A stretch of 64,000 bases of DNA, from positions 682,001 to 746,000 of the forward strand of contig OZ287079.1 in NCBI GenBank assembly GCA_965645245.1, written 5' to 3'. This DNA is from Massalongia carnosa. Its lineage: Eukaryota. Within the stretch, counting starts at the first letter, position 1; each line of letters starts with the position of its first letter. Below the pieces are notes generated by a model. That model was given only the letters and a program-made list of their open reading frames with translations, was not told where the DNA came from and made no database searches. Made by a program: the position numbers and the translations under genes. Below, piece after piece: positions 47,620 through 59,336 of this stretch.

Positions 47620-50600
47620 ATGACCTCTGTGCGATCTTCCGAGTTGGAGGATCAAGCTATCCAGGAACTAGGTCCTGGGTCTTACACGGTTTCACGACTT
47701 GCAAGTTCTTGTGTTCGTCACGTATAACAGTAGATTAAGTCGCTAAAATACTCTATCTAGCAACATGCGACCCCACAACACATCTATCTTACAACGCGAA
47801 GGAGCTTCATTGGCCCTATCCCAGAAGGCTGGCTGAAGAGCCACCGCAAGTCTTGGTACAAACAGTCTTTGAACCTGTCAAATTATTCCTCAAGGGCGGT
47901 GACGTTCTCGGCGAGTTTCAGCGGTTCTCATCTCACACAAAGCAGTGGACGGGACGGTCCCTCTGCAAGGCCCTTCAACGCCAGTTTTCCACAGCCAGAT
48001 AATGTGGATGAAGAGGAAGATATAAGAAAGAGTCGAGAAGCTGAAGAGAATGAGCCCGTAGCGCTGTCGGCTAGGGAATTGAATTCAAGAGGAGCTGTTC
48101 CGGTGCATTCCAAAGGCGACCAAGGCGATAAGCAAGCAAAGTTGGTTCGGGGTCACCCTGCTACATCACCATCAGATTTACGCACGACCTCTGATCCCGC
48201 ATCCCGGAAAGATTATTATATAAAAGTTGCTACGCTGAGCCCTCCGACGCCATCTTTCTTTACTGCAAAGGAAAGATTTGAAAGCCCTTTAAATCCTTCA
48301 GCAGGGCATGTGGATGAAACGACTATAGCTGGTCCGTCGAATATTAGTAAAGGGGTACGTTCAGCCACAGCACCTGTTGTCGGAAATGAATCAGGTCAAT
48401 CTCTCCTCATCCTCGGCAACGCTACTCAGCACAGCTCCGTTGGTGAAGAATCACTCTTACCTGGTGAAAGATTAGGCTCGACTGTCTCCTTAATTCCGCA
48501 TGGCCAGAAAAATGCGGAAAGCACCCGAGTACCTGCGGGAGCTAACGCTTCTTCAATTCTCCCCCCTGTTCCGATATCGACTGGCTTGGTACGATTTAAT
48601 ATTCCTATCGACGGTGCACACGATACAGTTGCTTTAAAGTCAATGAACGCACAATCTAACCGTCGCAGATCATGGAGACAGCTCGGTCGTGGTCGATCTT
48701 ATCTAGGAGAAATCGTAAAAATTGAGAAGATGCTGGTTCGAGTGGATTCGACTATGCGGCAACTTTTTCCCGATTACAACGAAAATGACAGCCTAAAAAC
48801 TGAATCTCGGACAGTGGATAAATGGCGCGAATTCGTCGTCGTATGTAGGGAAAGTACGGAGGAAGGGTACAACTTTTCTATACAGATGTATAAGTCTCGC
48901 GTCATACCTACAATTGAGAAATCCCGTACATCGAAACGCGTTACGCATGAAATTCCTCTCATCCGGAAAAGCACCCGAGTTAATCTCTATTCCTCACTCG
49001 ATAAGACCCTAGTCATTTGGGTTCCATGGAAAATTGGCACAAGAATATACATACTTCGCACACGCTCAGCTGCTAGCGCTGTAGAATGGTATACATTTCT
49101 GCGCAATAGCTTGGGATGGGAACGGCCGTCAGAACTACAGGTTTATGTCCCAGACCTTAGCTTAACGTTACTACTTGAAGATCCCTTTGGGGAATTAGAA
49201 GCTAGTCGAGAAGCTGCTCGGGTATCTATGACGGATGAAACTGCTATCATGAAGAGTCTAGAGGCTGAGCGAGCTGTCGCTGGTATCATCGTGAAACGTT
49301 GCATGAAGATGCTCGAGGATTCGCCCGAATGGGGTAACGTGTTGGACGCTTGGCTGAAAAACGAGAAAATGGGCTTAGCTTGGAAGAGATATGACCGTCT
49401 TGAGTGGATTCATGGAGCTAACGAGCAGAGAATGTATGGAACCATTGCCATGCAAAACTCTCACGATCTGGAGCTTAGGCCGAAGCAACATTACCCTACT
49501 GTTATCAAGTCTGAGGACGAAGCTTTCGAAGAGCCATCGCCTGTTGAAGGATTCCTAGTCCGCCTTACATCCCAAAAAGGCCGAGTCAAACGCCTAGGAA
49601 TGATGTTTTATAAAAGACTATATTTTTATACGCATAATCAGTATCTTTGCTACTGCAAACCGGCAAAGGCATCACCACCCCCTCCACCAAAGCTAACGTT
49701 AAGCGGCGATTCGAAGGTTCCCAGTGCGAAACACATTGTAAACCATACTCCCTTGGTATATGCAGTGGAACCATATCCCATAACTCAAGGGGAGATTTCT
49801 TGGCTTAAACACGGAACGGCTTCATCTAGACAGAAACACGACCAAGAAGCGTTCAAAGAAGCGGAGCGCAAAGTCAACACATTACTACAAGCCGAAGGAT
49901 ACATCAATCTATCTCATGTCGTGCGGGTACAAAATGTACACAGGGGAAGTTCTCCTGTAGATGCAACCCTCGACCAAGGCCCTGATGTTGATTTTCATGA
50001 ACCGGTCAGCGACACACCAAGAGACGATGGAAAAATATATCAGTTTGATGATGATCGAACATTTGAGTTAGTTATGCATAACGGCCTTATCATCCGTTTG
50101 CAGGCATACAACGAGCGCACCCAAAAGGAATGGATGACGAGCCTGGAGAAGCTTGTTCAGTACTGGAAGGTCCGCCTCGCAGACGAGATGCGCGCTTATA
50201 AGCGAATTCGCCAGTTGAACCTAGAGACTCTTAATATTGACGAGGAGATGGAATCTGAGGTGGGCCAGTTTGCCGAAAAATGGGAGGTTACTCGGGCAGA
50301 GGCTTCTCCCGAGTTATTTCACATGTGCGGCATTTCTTGCTGTCGGGCAATCACCGTTTGTCTCTCCTAGATCTAAAGTCACAAGCTGGAGATTATCCTG
50401 ACTAACAGCATAATCAGATGGCAGGGGTCCTGTACAGAAAGCCAACACGCCACTCCACCTTCCTCCGCTGCGGCGTGATTCTTAGCCAGGGCCAGCTTCT
50501 CATCTTCCACGGCAGCCTCCGCGAACGCACCGGTAAAGAAATCCCCCACATCCAGCACGAGCGCCATACGTCCATCGACCTCAAAGACTGCTACATCTAT

Positions 50601-50960
50601 AGCGGCCTCATCACCGACAGCGACCTCCTCTACCAGAACCAAACATTTGACAGTAATCATCCAGGCCACCACGCGCTGCCCCGGGTCTACCTCGAGGATG
50701 GCTGGACTTCGCACGATGAGGACACAGCAACTTGCTTCGTCATTTGGCACGGGCGGAGGAAATCTCTATTTCGTGCGAGCGAGGATACTGCTAAAGGCGG
50801 AACGAGGCGGCGGTTAAGGTACGTGTCGCGCTTGGGGGTGCCGGGAAGATCGATTGTGTTTAAGACGCGGAGTCGGGCGGAGCGGGACCATTGGGTGTTG
50901 AACATTGCGATGGAGATCGATCGGCTACAGTCAAAGGAGGAGATTCGAGTCGAGTCTTGA
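47620..50960 (+). CDS. SPO71: Sporulation PH-domain protein (exons 47620-47700, 47761-50355, 50418-50960)
   Basis: FIGPIPEGW, LYSSLDKT, AWKRYDRLEW, HDLELRPKQHYP, IYSGLIT and FKTRSRAERDHWV. The first intron is GC-AG. Confidence 0.85.
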
Positions 50961-51195
50961 TATAGCGGACAGGCTGCCTGGGTTGGAATTGCAGTTTAGC
51001 GAGGCGTTGGGGGGCTTCGCTAGTTTTCGATCTTACGACTGACGACTATTAATTTATCTTCGGCAAGTAGAAAGAATATAATACCAGGTACAGTAAATGG
51101 TTCTCGCATACCTGATGACAAGCCATCTATCCGAAGCCCAACACATCGAGTTCACCCCAAAAACTCTCCCATCCCCGCCACGAAAAATCCAAACT

Positions 51196-52201
51196 TCACT
51201 TCCCCTCCCAGACACGTCCACTGCCCCTCCAGTCCTGCCATCTCATCCATCCCGCTCTCCGGAAGGGGAACACAACCCCCCTGACCTTTCCTACCAGTAA
51301 GCTTTTCGAAATCTGAGCACCGTAAATCAGCTGATAATTGGCTTTAGCCACCCGTCTTTTTATGCTCACTTCTTTTTGAGAATATGTTTCAGGCAATGGC
51401 CCCGAAAAATACCAGGAGCATGAAATATAAATTGGCATAGAATAAAGGTAGACCAGGAAGGAAGCAAAAGATGATAGCAATATCCAGGAAGAAAAAAAGC
51501 AGAGGAAAGAAACGCACCGGTCCATAGAAACAGCTATCCTGGCTCCATCGATCGCCGTCGGGATGCTCGCCCTCGACCCAAACATGTCCTGGCGGAACAA
51601 GCTCGGTGGCAAAGGGGTAGGGCGGTTTTGTGAGGACGGTGTCACCTTCGATAGCTACGACGCGCTTGATTGCGAGTTTTTCCGGGGAGGTGGGGGACCT
51701 GTGTCCGGGGGGTGTTTAGTCTTCACATCTCCATCTAGATATTTCCCGTAGAATGTGGTTGGAGGCTCGGTTTGCATAACCCTCCTTTCGCTCGCAACGA
51801 GAACCCAAACCAGAAGCGAAGAACCGCCCTGTAAAAGGCACTCACCAAAACGCCACCACCACCCCCCTGCGCAACCCCGCCCCCGGCCGCCAAAGATCCA
51901 CCAGTACCACGTCCCGCGCCGTGGTGCGGTCATAGTCTGTGTTTAGGAGGGGGTACATGCTGGCGCCAGTAACGGTCATGAGGGTCGCGACATGCGTTTG
52001 GAAAAAGAGGAGGAGGGGCACATAAGTGAGGAAGGTAAGAAGTTTTTGCAGAGGAGGAGGGATAGAGGGGGGGTGGTGGATGAAGGCGGGGAGGGAAGTG
52101 GTGGAGAGGTGCCGAAGGGATGTTGGGGGCAGAAAAAGGGAAGATGAGCGGCAAGGGGAGAGAAGGCGGGGGAAGGAGAAAGGCCTGAGGGATAGGCGCA
52201 T
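51196..52201 (-). CDS. IMP2: Mitochondrial inner membrane peptidase subunit (S26); exons ~52201-51846, 51698-51518, 51312-51196
   Basis: After splicing: VTGASMYPLLN (catalytic Ser), WSPTSPEKLAIKRVVAIEGD (catalytic Lys), GHVWVEG and DS..YGPIS. Confidence 0.8.
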
Positions 52202-52456
52202 TGGGAGAGTTCGTTGTGCGGATGAAGGGAGGGCTGAAAAGGAGAAGAAAAATCCAATAGAGAACGGTGTCGACATAGCCGCTTCCGCGTATTGATAACT
52301 AGTTAATTACCCGCGTTATTTACACACTACTCTAGTTGAAAGGGCTAAAATTACTTACAGAGTAGACCCCCCACCTCCGTATCTTAAACCCCCAAATACC
52401 CTTCAGGTCTCAGCTCAACACACTCTCTCGTCGAAACCCTCCACGCTTCCATAAAG

Positions 52457-53326
52457 ATGTCCTCAACAGCAGCACCCCCCGCGGGACAAACCTGGTTCGA
52501 TACGCTCAAAAAGTCCTTCGTTGCCGTCCCCATCGACACCAGCCATAGCGATGCCATCGAAACGACCTCCTTTCTAGAGGCGGCGGAGGGGCTGACTACG
52601 CTTTTCGGTATGGAACGAGCTCTCCCTCCTCTCTTTTAAACTTATATATTCCTACTCCAACTTTACTAGCACCGAGGAATAACCCTTAACGGTTCTTCCA
52701 GACGCAATGGGTTCAATGGCATTCACGCCTGTCAAGAACGACATTTTGGGGAATGTCAAGGTTCCCCTCTCTGCGCCTTCTTCCATGCTCACCCCACCCC
52801 AATGTAACTCACTAAGCCAGCAAAACAAACTTTAGAAAGTTCGCGACCGCCAACTCGCCGCGTCTGCCGACTCTAGAGTCCTGCAGTCCCTCGTTATGAA
52901 CGAGCTGAAAACAAAAAAACACACAGCGGCCGAGGGACTCCTCTGGCTTGTTCGGTTCGTCCCCCCACCAAATCTTCATCCACATTTCTCTCCTCCTCCA
53001 ATTCCCCCATACCAACAACTCCTCCTATCAGTGGTCTCGACTTCACCGCCCAAGCCCTCCGCCATAACCTCTCCCACCCCAACGACGAGCTCTCTGCCTC
53101 CTTCCGCGCTGCCTACACCAATACCTTGAAACCGCACCATTCGTTCCTCGTCAAGCCCGTGTTCAGCGCCGCCATGTCTGCAACACCGTACCGGAAAGAT
53201 TTCTATAGCAAACTGGGTGCGGATACGGAGGCCGGGAAGCAGAAGATGGAGGAGTGGTTAGGCGCGTTGGAGAAAAGGGTGGGAGTTTTAAAGAGGTTTC
53301 AGGAGGGGAAGGAGGCGAAGTGGTGA
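52457..53326 (+). CDS. het-c2: Glycolipid transfer protein (HET-C2-like); exons 52457-52607, 52702-52760, 52836-52954, 53032-53326
   Basis: FLEAAEGL..F|D.MGS.AFTPVKNDI.GNV, EGLLWLVRGLDF, LKPHHSFLVKPVFSAAMSATPYRKDFY. Confidence 0.85.
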
Positions 53327-54559
53327 ACTCTTGCTAATAATGATTGGGGGAAGGGAGGTGGGGGTAGAGATGGTCTGTTCGGGGAACGTTATCATTTCAA
53401 ATAGGGGGCCGAAGTACTTCCTGCCTTAGTCCCCATAAACACCACAGCCTCAATAAAATATAAAATAAATTCCCACCTCTTTGCCCCTTTCCTTCCTCCT
53501 CCCTTCTCTTTTCTTCTTCTACTCCTAATCGTCCCCTCACCCCCCTCTAATCTCAAATTCATGCCCTCCTTAGATTCTGCCCCTCTTCAAGTGCATCATC
53601 AACCCACCCATCTCTCTCTCTTCTAACCCTTTTCCGCCCCCCAATTCGGCAAGTTGCTGGAGGAAATACCGCGCTCCGAACACCCATCTTTCTTCCCTAG
53701 GAATCGAGTGAGCGAAAACTGAAAGGTTCTCGATCGGGCTCACTCAACTCCTACCTAACTTCCCTCACTTCTATTTCCAAAAATGCCCCGTCAACACCTC
53801 AAATCCACCTTGACGAAAAGGTCAACAAGAACCACAACCATAACCACAAAAACAACAACAACAAGAAGGACAACGATAGCGAATGCAACAGAGAATACAG
53901 AGAAAAACTTGCTCTCCCGTTTCACGAAAGGTTCCGCTCAAAGCCCGCTTCAACAAAAACACGAATGTAAAGAAGCAAAACAAATAGACAACCGGTATAA
54001 AACCCCTAAACCCCGGATAAGGGAGAAAAAGCGAAAATTGGGACAGCAGATGATGATGGTGGTGATTGGGCATTTACGTGGGCTTGGGATGCAAAGCAGG
54101 GGATAGAGGAGAATCGAGGAAAGATTAGCGATACGGTATTAGTAAATTCCCTGTACCTAGACGGCAAACGAGAAGATCTCTCCTTTGATTTCCCGATAAA
54201 AGTTCTTGAGGAAGCAATCTCCTTCGGTGGTCAATTTTGCTCTCTAAGCAAGTACTCGTATAAGCGCTAGGGGCTATTTCGCTTATATCACTGTGTAACT
54301 ACTTTTTTTTCTCTTTTTTTTCCAAAAAAAAAGGTAGGGAAAAAAAGACGAAAGAAATAGGGCCAAGGAAGAACGATGAGATATTGCCGACAAAAACAAT
54401 GGCGGTTAGGTAGATATGGATAGGTAGGGCGGGGTTGGCATCGGGAGAAGAAAAGAGGAAGAAAGGGGTCAGTATAGCGAGCTCGATGCTGGGCTGAGAG
54501 ATAGGTAGATACTAGCTCTACTGCGGACGCGCCCAATGCAAGCCGACTAAACGACACCA

Positions 54560-54580
54560 GACTAGACTAGACTAGACTAG
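54560..54580. repeat. (ACTAG)n pentanucleotide repeat
   Basis: About 4 tandem units. Confidence 0.6.
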
Positions 54581-54757
54581 ATAAATGGATGCACACGATG
54601 CGGAAACCGTCATCAGCTCTCGCGCTGACACCGAGAAAGATCGGTAGAGAAAGATAGTCCCGCTTCGAGACGTCATCCTTGCTTTTCGGTCTCCACCTGA
54701 TAATGTATCCCATCACGCTCCACAAATCCATCCGACAAGTTCTCCTGGATTACGATT

Positions 54758-57609
54758 TCATTCCCCTCTCCTCTCCACTCTCCGCAAAAACTCCCTCACT
54801 CTCCCGACCTCCACGTCCTCGCCTCGCTCGCTCTCCACCGCCGCTACTAGCCCCTCCACCATCTCGTCTACCTTTTCCTCCCCCACGCCTGTGCATAACA
54901 CCACCACGCGCCGCAGCTGCACCTCCAACTCCGAGGAACGGCTCTGTAGCGCCTTAGCGCGCATGGAGAGCCTCGCGTTGTTCCGCACGTACGCAGCTAC
55001 GCGCGCTTGCAAGATATCACTCGAAGGTAGGGAAGCAAGGTATTCAAGCTGAGCGGGGATGGGTGAGACGCCGGAGTCAGGGTTAGGAGGCAAGCGGATA
55101 GCATCAACAACGAGACCAGCGTCCGCCTCGCCGATCTTAATTTGCTCGCCGGGGTCCAGGTCGGAAGGGCTGCTGCCTGTCGAGGCCAAGTCAGAGCGGA
55201 GGCTTTCGTTAGCACGGTGGATGTTTGCGATTTTCTGGCGGAGAGACTTGCGCTCGGTAGCTCGGCGCTGCAGGGAGGAGAGTCGACGGCGCTCGGCGGC
55301 GAGGAGGGAGGAGGCTTCCCGGAGTCTGGTATGGGTTTGGTCGATGAGGGATTGCTTAGATTGGAGCTCGGATTTGAACGAGGTGGAGGTGTCCGTCAGA
55401 AGGTTTGTCATTGCTGAACTATGTTAGCTTGGATGATCTAGTTTTTTTCTGAATAGGGAATAACCTAGGTGGGATGGAGAGACGTACTGTTTATGAGCTC
55501 TTGGCTGCTTTCGGTGACTTTACTAATGGGGTTTTTACCTACTTTGGATACGTGGCTACTTGGTGGCACGTCGTTGGTTTCTGGATCTCCACCTACGCCA
55601 AAATCAAGTGGTTTCAAGCCACCACGGTTTGCAATGGTAGGATTCGCTCCAATTTCGATAAGTTGGTGGATGATACTCTTGCTGCCGATTCTCGCTGCAA
55701 GGTTCAATGCGGTATCGCCTGCCATGTCTGCTGCGTTAACGATCTCGGACATGAACCTAGCCAGACCAATAGATTTTACAGGAGGAGGCATTGGCTCGGT
55801 TTCGTTGTGGAAGGAATTCTGTTGGCTGTTCGCTGCGCTGCCCTGACGTAGTACAAACTCAAGCAAAGATTCGAGATAATATCGACACGCTGCAGCTCGG
55901 CCCTTTACAGCTGACGAAACAGCAATGTGATGGAGTACCGTGCGACCACGCCCATCTCTTAGCTCAATAGTAGGCCCAAGCAGTTCCAGCAGCTCGGGAA
56001 AACTACCTTGATCAAGGTTGTTGGTAGTAAGCGCCGCACGTATTAAAGCTGTCTCGCCTCCCCCATTTAACCGGAAAATGCTTGCTCCTTTCGATATCAA
56101 CGCCCGTAACAGAGATGTTCGCGCAAGCGTTGCGGCCCAGTGCAAAGCTGTGTGTGCCGTGGCATCAAGTGGAATGTCGAGATCTTCGCCAGATAAGGTC
56201 AATAGAGCTGGATGCTTGGAGAAATCTGTCTGGGAAGAATCCAGGAATAGGGAGGTCAAAATCTGCTGTTTTTCCATTGCTCCACCACTTGTAGGCTGAG
56301 GAAGTGGTGGTAAACCAATCATGGTGAGGTCAAGGCCCATCTGAGAGTCACCGTGTTGGAGATATGTAAAAGAATGAGTGGGTTCCGATGGCGATTTGCC
56401 CGTCATCGAAATGTCATACCCGCCATTCGGATGATATAAAGATATGTCTTGGCTGGAAGAAGGTTTAGCACGCTTTCGGGGTGGTTCCTGCACTTCGCTG
56501 TTTTGGCTGTGATGGTCTGCGTTGGTAAAGTATGGTGTGTTGTTGCTCCTTAACGCCGGATCGAGCTGGCTGTTAGCGGCGAAACTGTTTTCTGAGTGCA
56601 AGCTTTGCATGCTCTGCTGACTGCTTCCTTGATATGCAGAGTCCTGACTTCCCATCACGTGCTGGGAGGGAGGTCGTGAAGACATTGGGCGTCGATTTCC
56701 GCTCGCAGGGCGTGGACCGGGGGAGTCTAGTCTGGCCTTGTTGATCGCGTTCACCGCATTTGCCGCTGTTTTGGAAATATTCTTGAAAAAGGTACCATTT
56801 GGTGATTGTGCAGGTGGGCGATTCTCAATTCCTCCACCTAGCATGTTTCTCTTACGCTGAGCTGCCATGGCTTGTTCTTTCGTTGGGGTATCAATGTTGC
56901 CATGACCCGGCGTGCTTAAGCCGTCTTGTCCCATGTCATGCTCCAATAGCGGTCGGAGTATTTCTTCGACACCATATTGCCGGCAGAATTCCACACCTCG
57001 GCTATAGTTGACCCACGTCCCTTGGTATTTCCCGTAGCCCCCCTGAACTTTTTCATGGTCACCTGCAAGAATCTCCTTCTCTAACACTTTTGTGCGCTTT
57101 CCTTTTTCAATCCCCGCTACTTTGAGAATTTGGGTTGCATTTAACCAGGAATCAACCCTCCGTCGCATGACATGGATCCCATTTACTTGCATTTCATAGA
57201 CCGAGATGTTTGAGTACGCCGCCTTGTTTTTAAGTTTACGTTAGTAAGAACACAAGACGCCGTTGACATGTCCTGCCCGTCATACCTTATATACTAGGGG
57301 TTTATGACCTGGAGGGTATCTTTGTTGTTGTACGTGGCCATTCACCTCTCCTTGTCCCCGCACGGTGGCTGACTGGAAGTGATTCCCATTGGGCGGTCCA
57401 AAGCTCGACATGTTCAGTGGCATGATATGTTGATGTCCTCTCGAGGCGGGTGGAGTGACTGTCGGAGTTGAGGCAATGGACTGGTTCGCATCAAACGAGT
57501 TCATTGCAAGCTGCGAAAGGTGGATGCTATTCATGGTGGACTCGGTACTATTTCGCGTAAATGAAGGTGGGGGGTATGGGGGAGTGGCGGCGTGAAAAGC
57601 TGATGCCAT
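54758..57609 (-). CDS. SWI6: APSES/KilA-N plus ankyrin G1/S transcription factor, Swi6/Cdc10-like (exons 57609-57286, 57222-55488, 55413-54758)
   Basis: WLNATQILKVAG...HEKVQGGYGKYQGTW. Ankyrin motifs HTALHWAA, GETALIRA and GDTALNLAAR. C-terminal coiled coil. Confidence 0.8.
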
Positions 57610-58086
57610 GGAATTAACTCAATGGAGGATGCGCCAGGGGGGTTGGGGGTTTGTGGGGGGAGGATTTGTGACACTGAGATGCTATTCGGATGTGAAGCTG
57701 ATACATACATGGGGCGAAAGGGGAAAAGGGGGGGTGGTTTGAAGCGACTAGATCATGCGGATAGGTTGTTCTCTTCGATGGTCTCTTCGTACCCTCACTG
57801 TCGTCTCTCTGTGTCGGCGTCTTAGGGAGCACAAGGATATTCCACGCAATCCGACGTGTTCAAAGTGGGGATCCGCTTCGCGTCGATTTCGCGCGGCGGC
57901 TAATTCTTCATTTCATAATTACGGCACGTGTTAGAGGACGCATAAAGTTAGGTTCGATGTAAATAACTAGCTTACCTAGGCTGCATAGAAGTAACCACTG
58001 AAGTAACTACAAAGCCCCACTTCACAACGCGCTGATGCGCGGCATTGAGCTTTTAAACAGTTGATTGTGCAGGCTTATCGATAGCA

Positions 58087-59336
58087 TGGAGTTACAAAGG
58101 CTTGTACGGAGGGCACAGCAATCATCCATCTCGTCAGCGTTACGCCTTGCAACTGGCGCAGGAGAAGACTGGAAGACGGTCAATCCTCGTCATATCTTCC
58201 GCGCCCTCCTCCGTCAGTCTACCTATCTGCCCGATAGTGCTGCTCGCAGCTACTTCCGAGAATATATCATAATGCGGTTTCGTAGCTACAATCCTCGACC
58301 GCCTGTGCCCTATAGTATAACTTCGCGCCTCCAAGAGCCATCGGTCAAGAAAAATCTCTTGAAGCAGGCACGTTCTGGTCTAGCTTTTCTACAGCGAGCC
58401 AACGATGGGCATCCTTCACAGCTTGAGAAAGCACTGGCAATGACGTATGGCCGTCAAGGAAGACGCAGACGAGAATTACTTCAGGAGTTCATACAGGAAC
58501 CTTCGCCCGGACACAATAATCTCGCTCCTCTTGTTACATCGGCGTCTAGCAAGGACAGCAGCCCGAGTCTTCACGAGCGAATGAGGGCTTTGTTTAAATC
58601 ACAACGAGTCCAGAGATCGCAAAAACTGAGTATTCCACGAGAGATTGGGCTAGAGCCCGTGATACCCAAGACAAATAGCTGGGGTCGTCCAATGCCAATA
58701 AGAAGGGCTCGAAATATAAGGAAGAGATGGTATGCAGCGGTCTTACAAAGAATGATGCCTCCCCTGCCGGAGAAAGAATGGGTGAGACTGAGAGATCTTA
58801 GCTCGGGACAGCTACAGTGGGAAAGACCTATACCACGCCGGAAAAAGGGTACATCAAACGAAGACAAAAATATTAACTATTCAAGAACCATGGCCTCCAA
58901 ACTCGAAACTTTGCAGAGCTCCAAAATGCGAAACTGGGAACTGAAGACCAATCCACACCAGTTAAGGCCTAGATTTATGAGGAGGGTGTGGGCCAAAATT
59001 TTCGAACTGAGTCCATTGATGACGTGGGATGAAATCCAAGGCAGATGGGTTGTCCAATGGGGCAAACTGCATGTGAACCAAAAAAGCACCGTCGTCTTAG
59101 AGGAAGTGGTAAACACGTCGTTATTTGATGGTGTGAACGAGAAAGGCCTTCGGGTTGAAATAAATCAAGTTAGTTCTCGGCAGTTTCAGGCACCGTATCG
59201 AAGGAAATATCAACGTTTGACTCGTGAGGTCGGGATACACAAAGGCCCATATCAGCCGCTTTTCTGTTTGGGGGTCTTCTACCCTGGCAAGATCCAGATT
59301 CACGATTTACAATATCGACATTTTTATGGCTCTTGA
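58087..59336 (+). CDS. Basic hypothetical protein with LYR-like motif (probably mitochondrial); 3' end uncertain
   Basis: Long open frame with HIFRALLRQSTYLPD.AAR.Y and P.IP..N.WGRPMP..R..N motifs. Confidence 0.65.

Noticed and set aside
53783..54557. Thr/Lys-rich and Phe-rich short ORFs between het-c2 and SWI6
   Set aside because: Products of simple repeats in UTR/intergenic DNA
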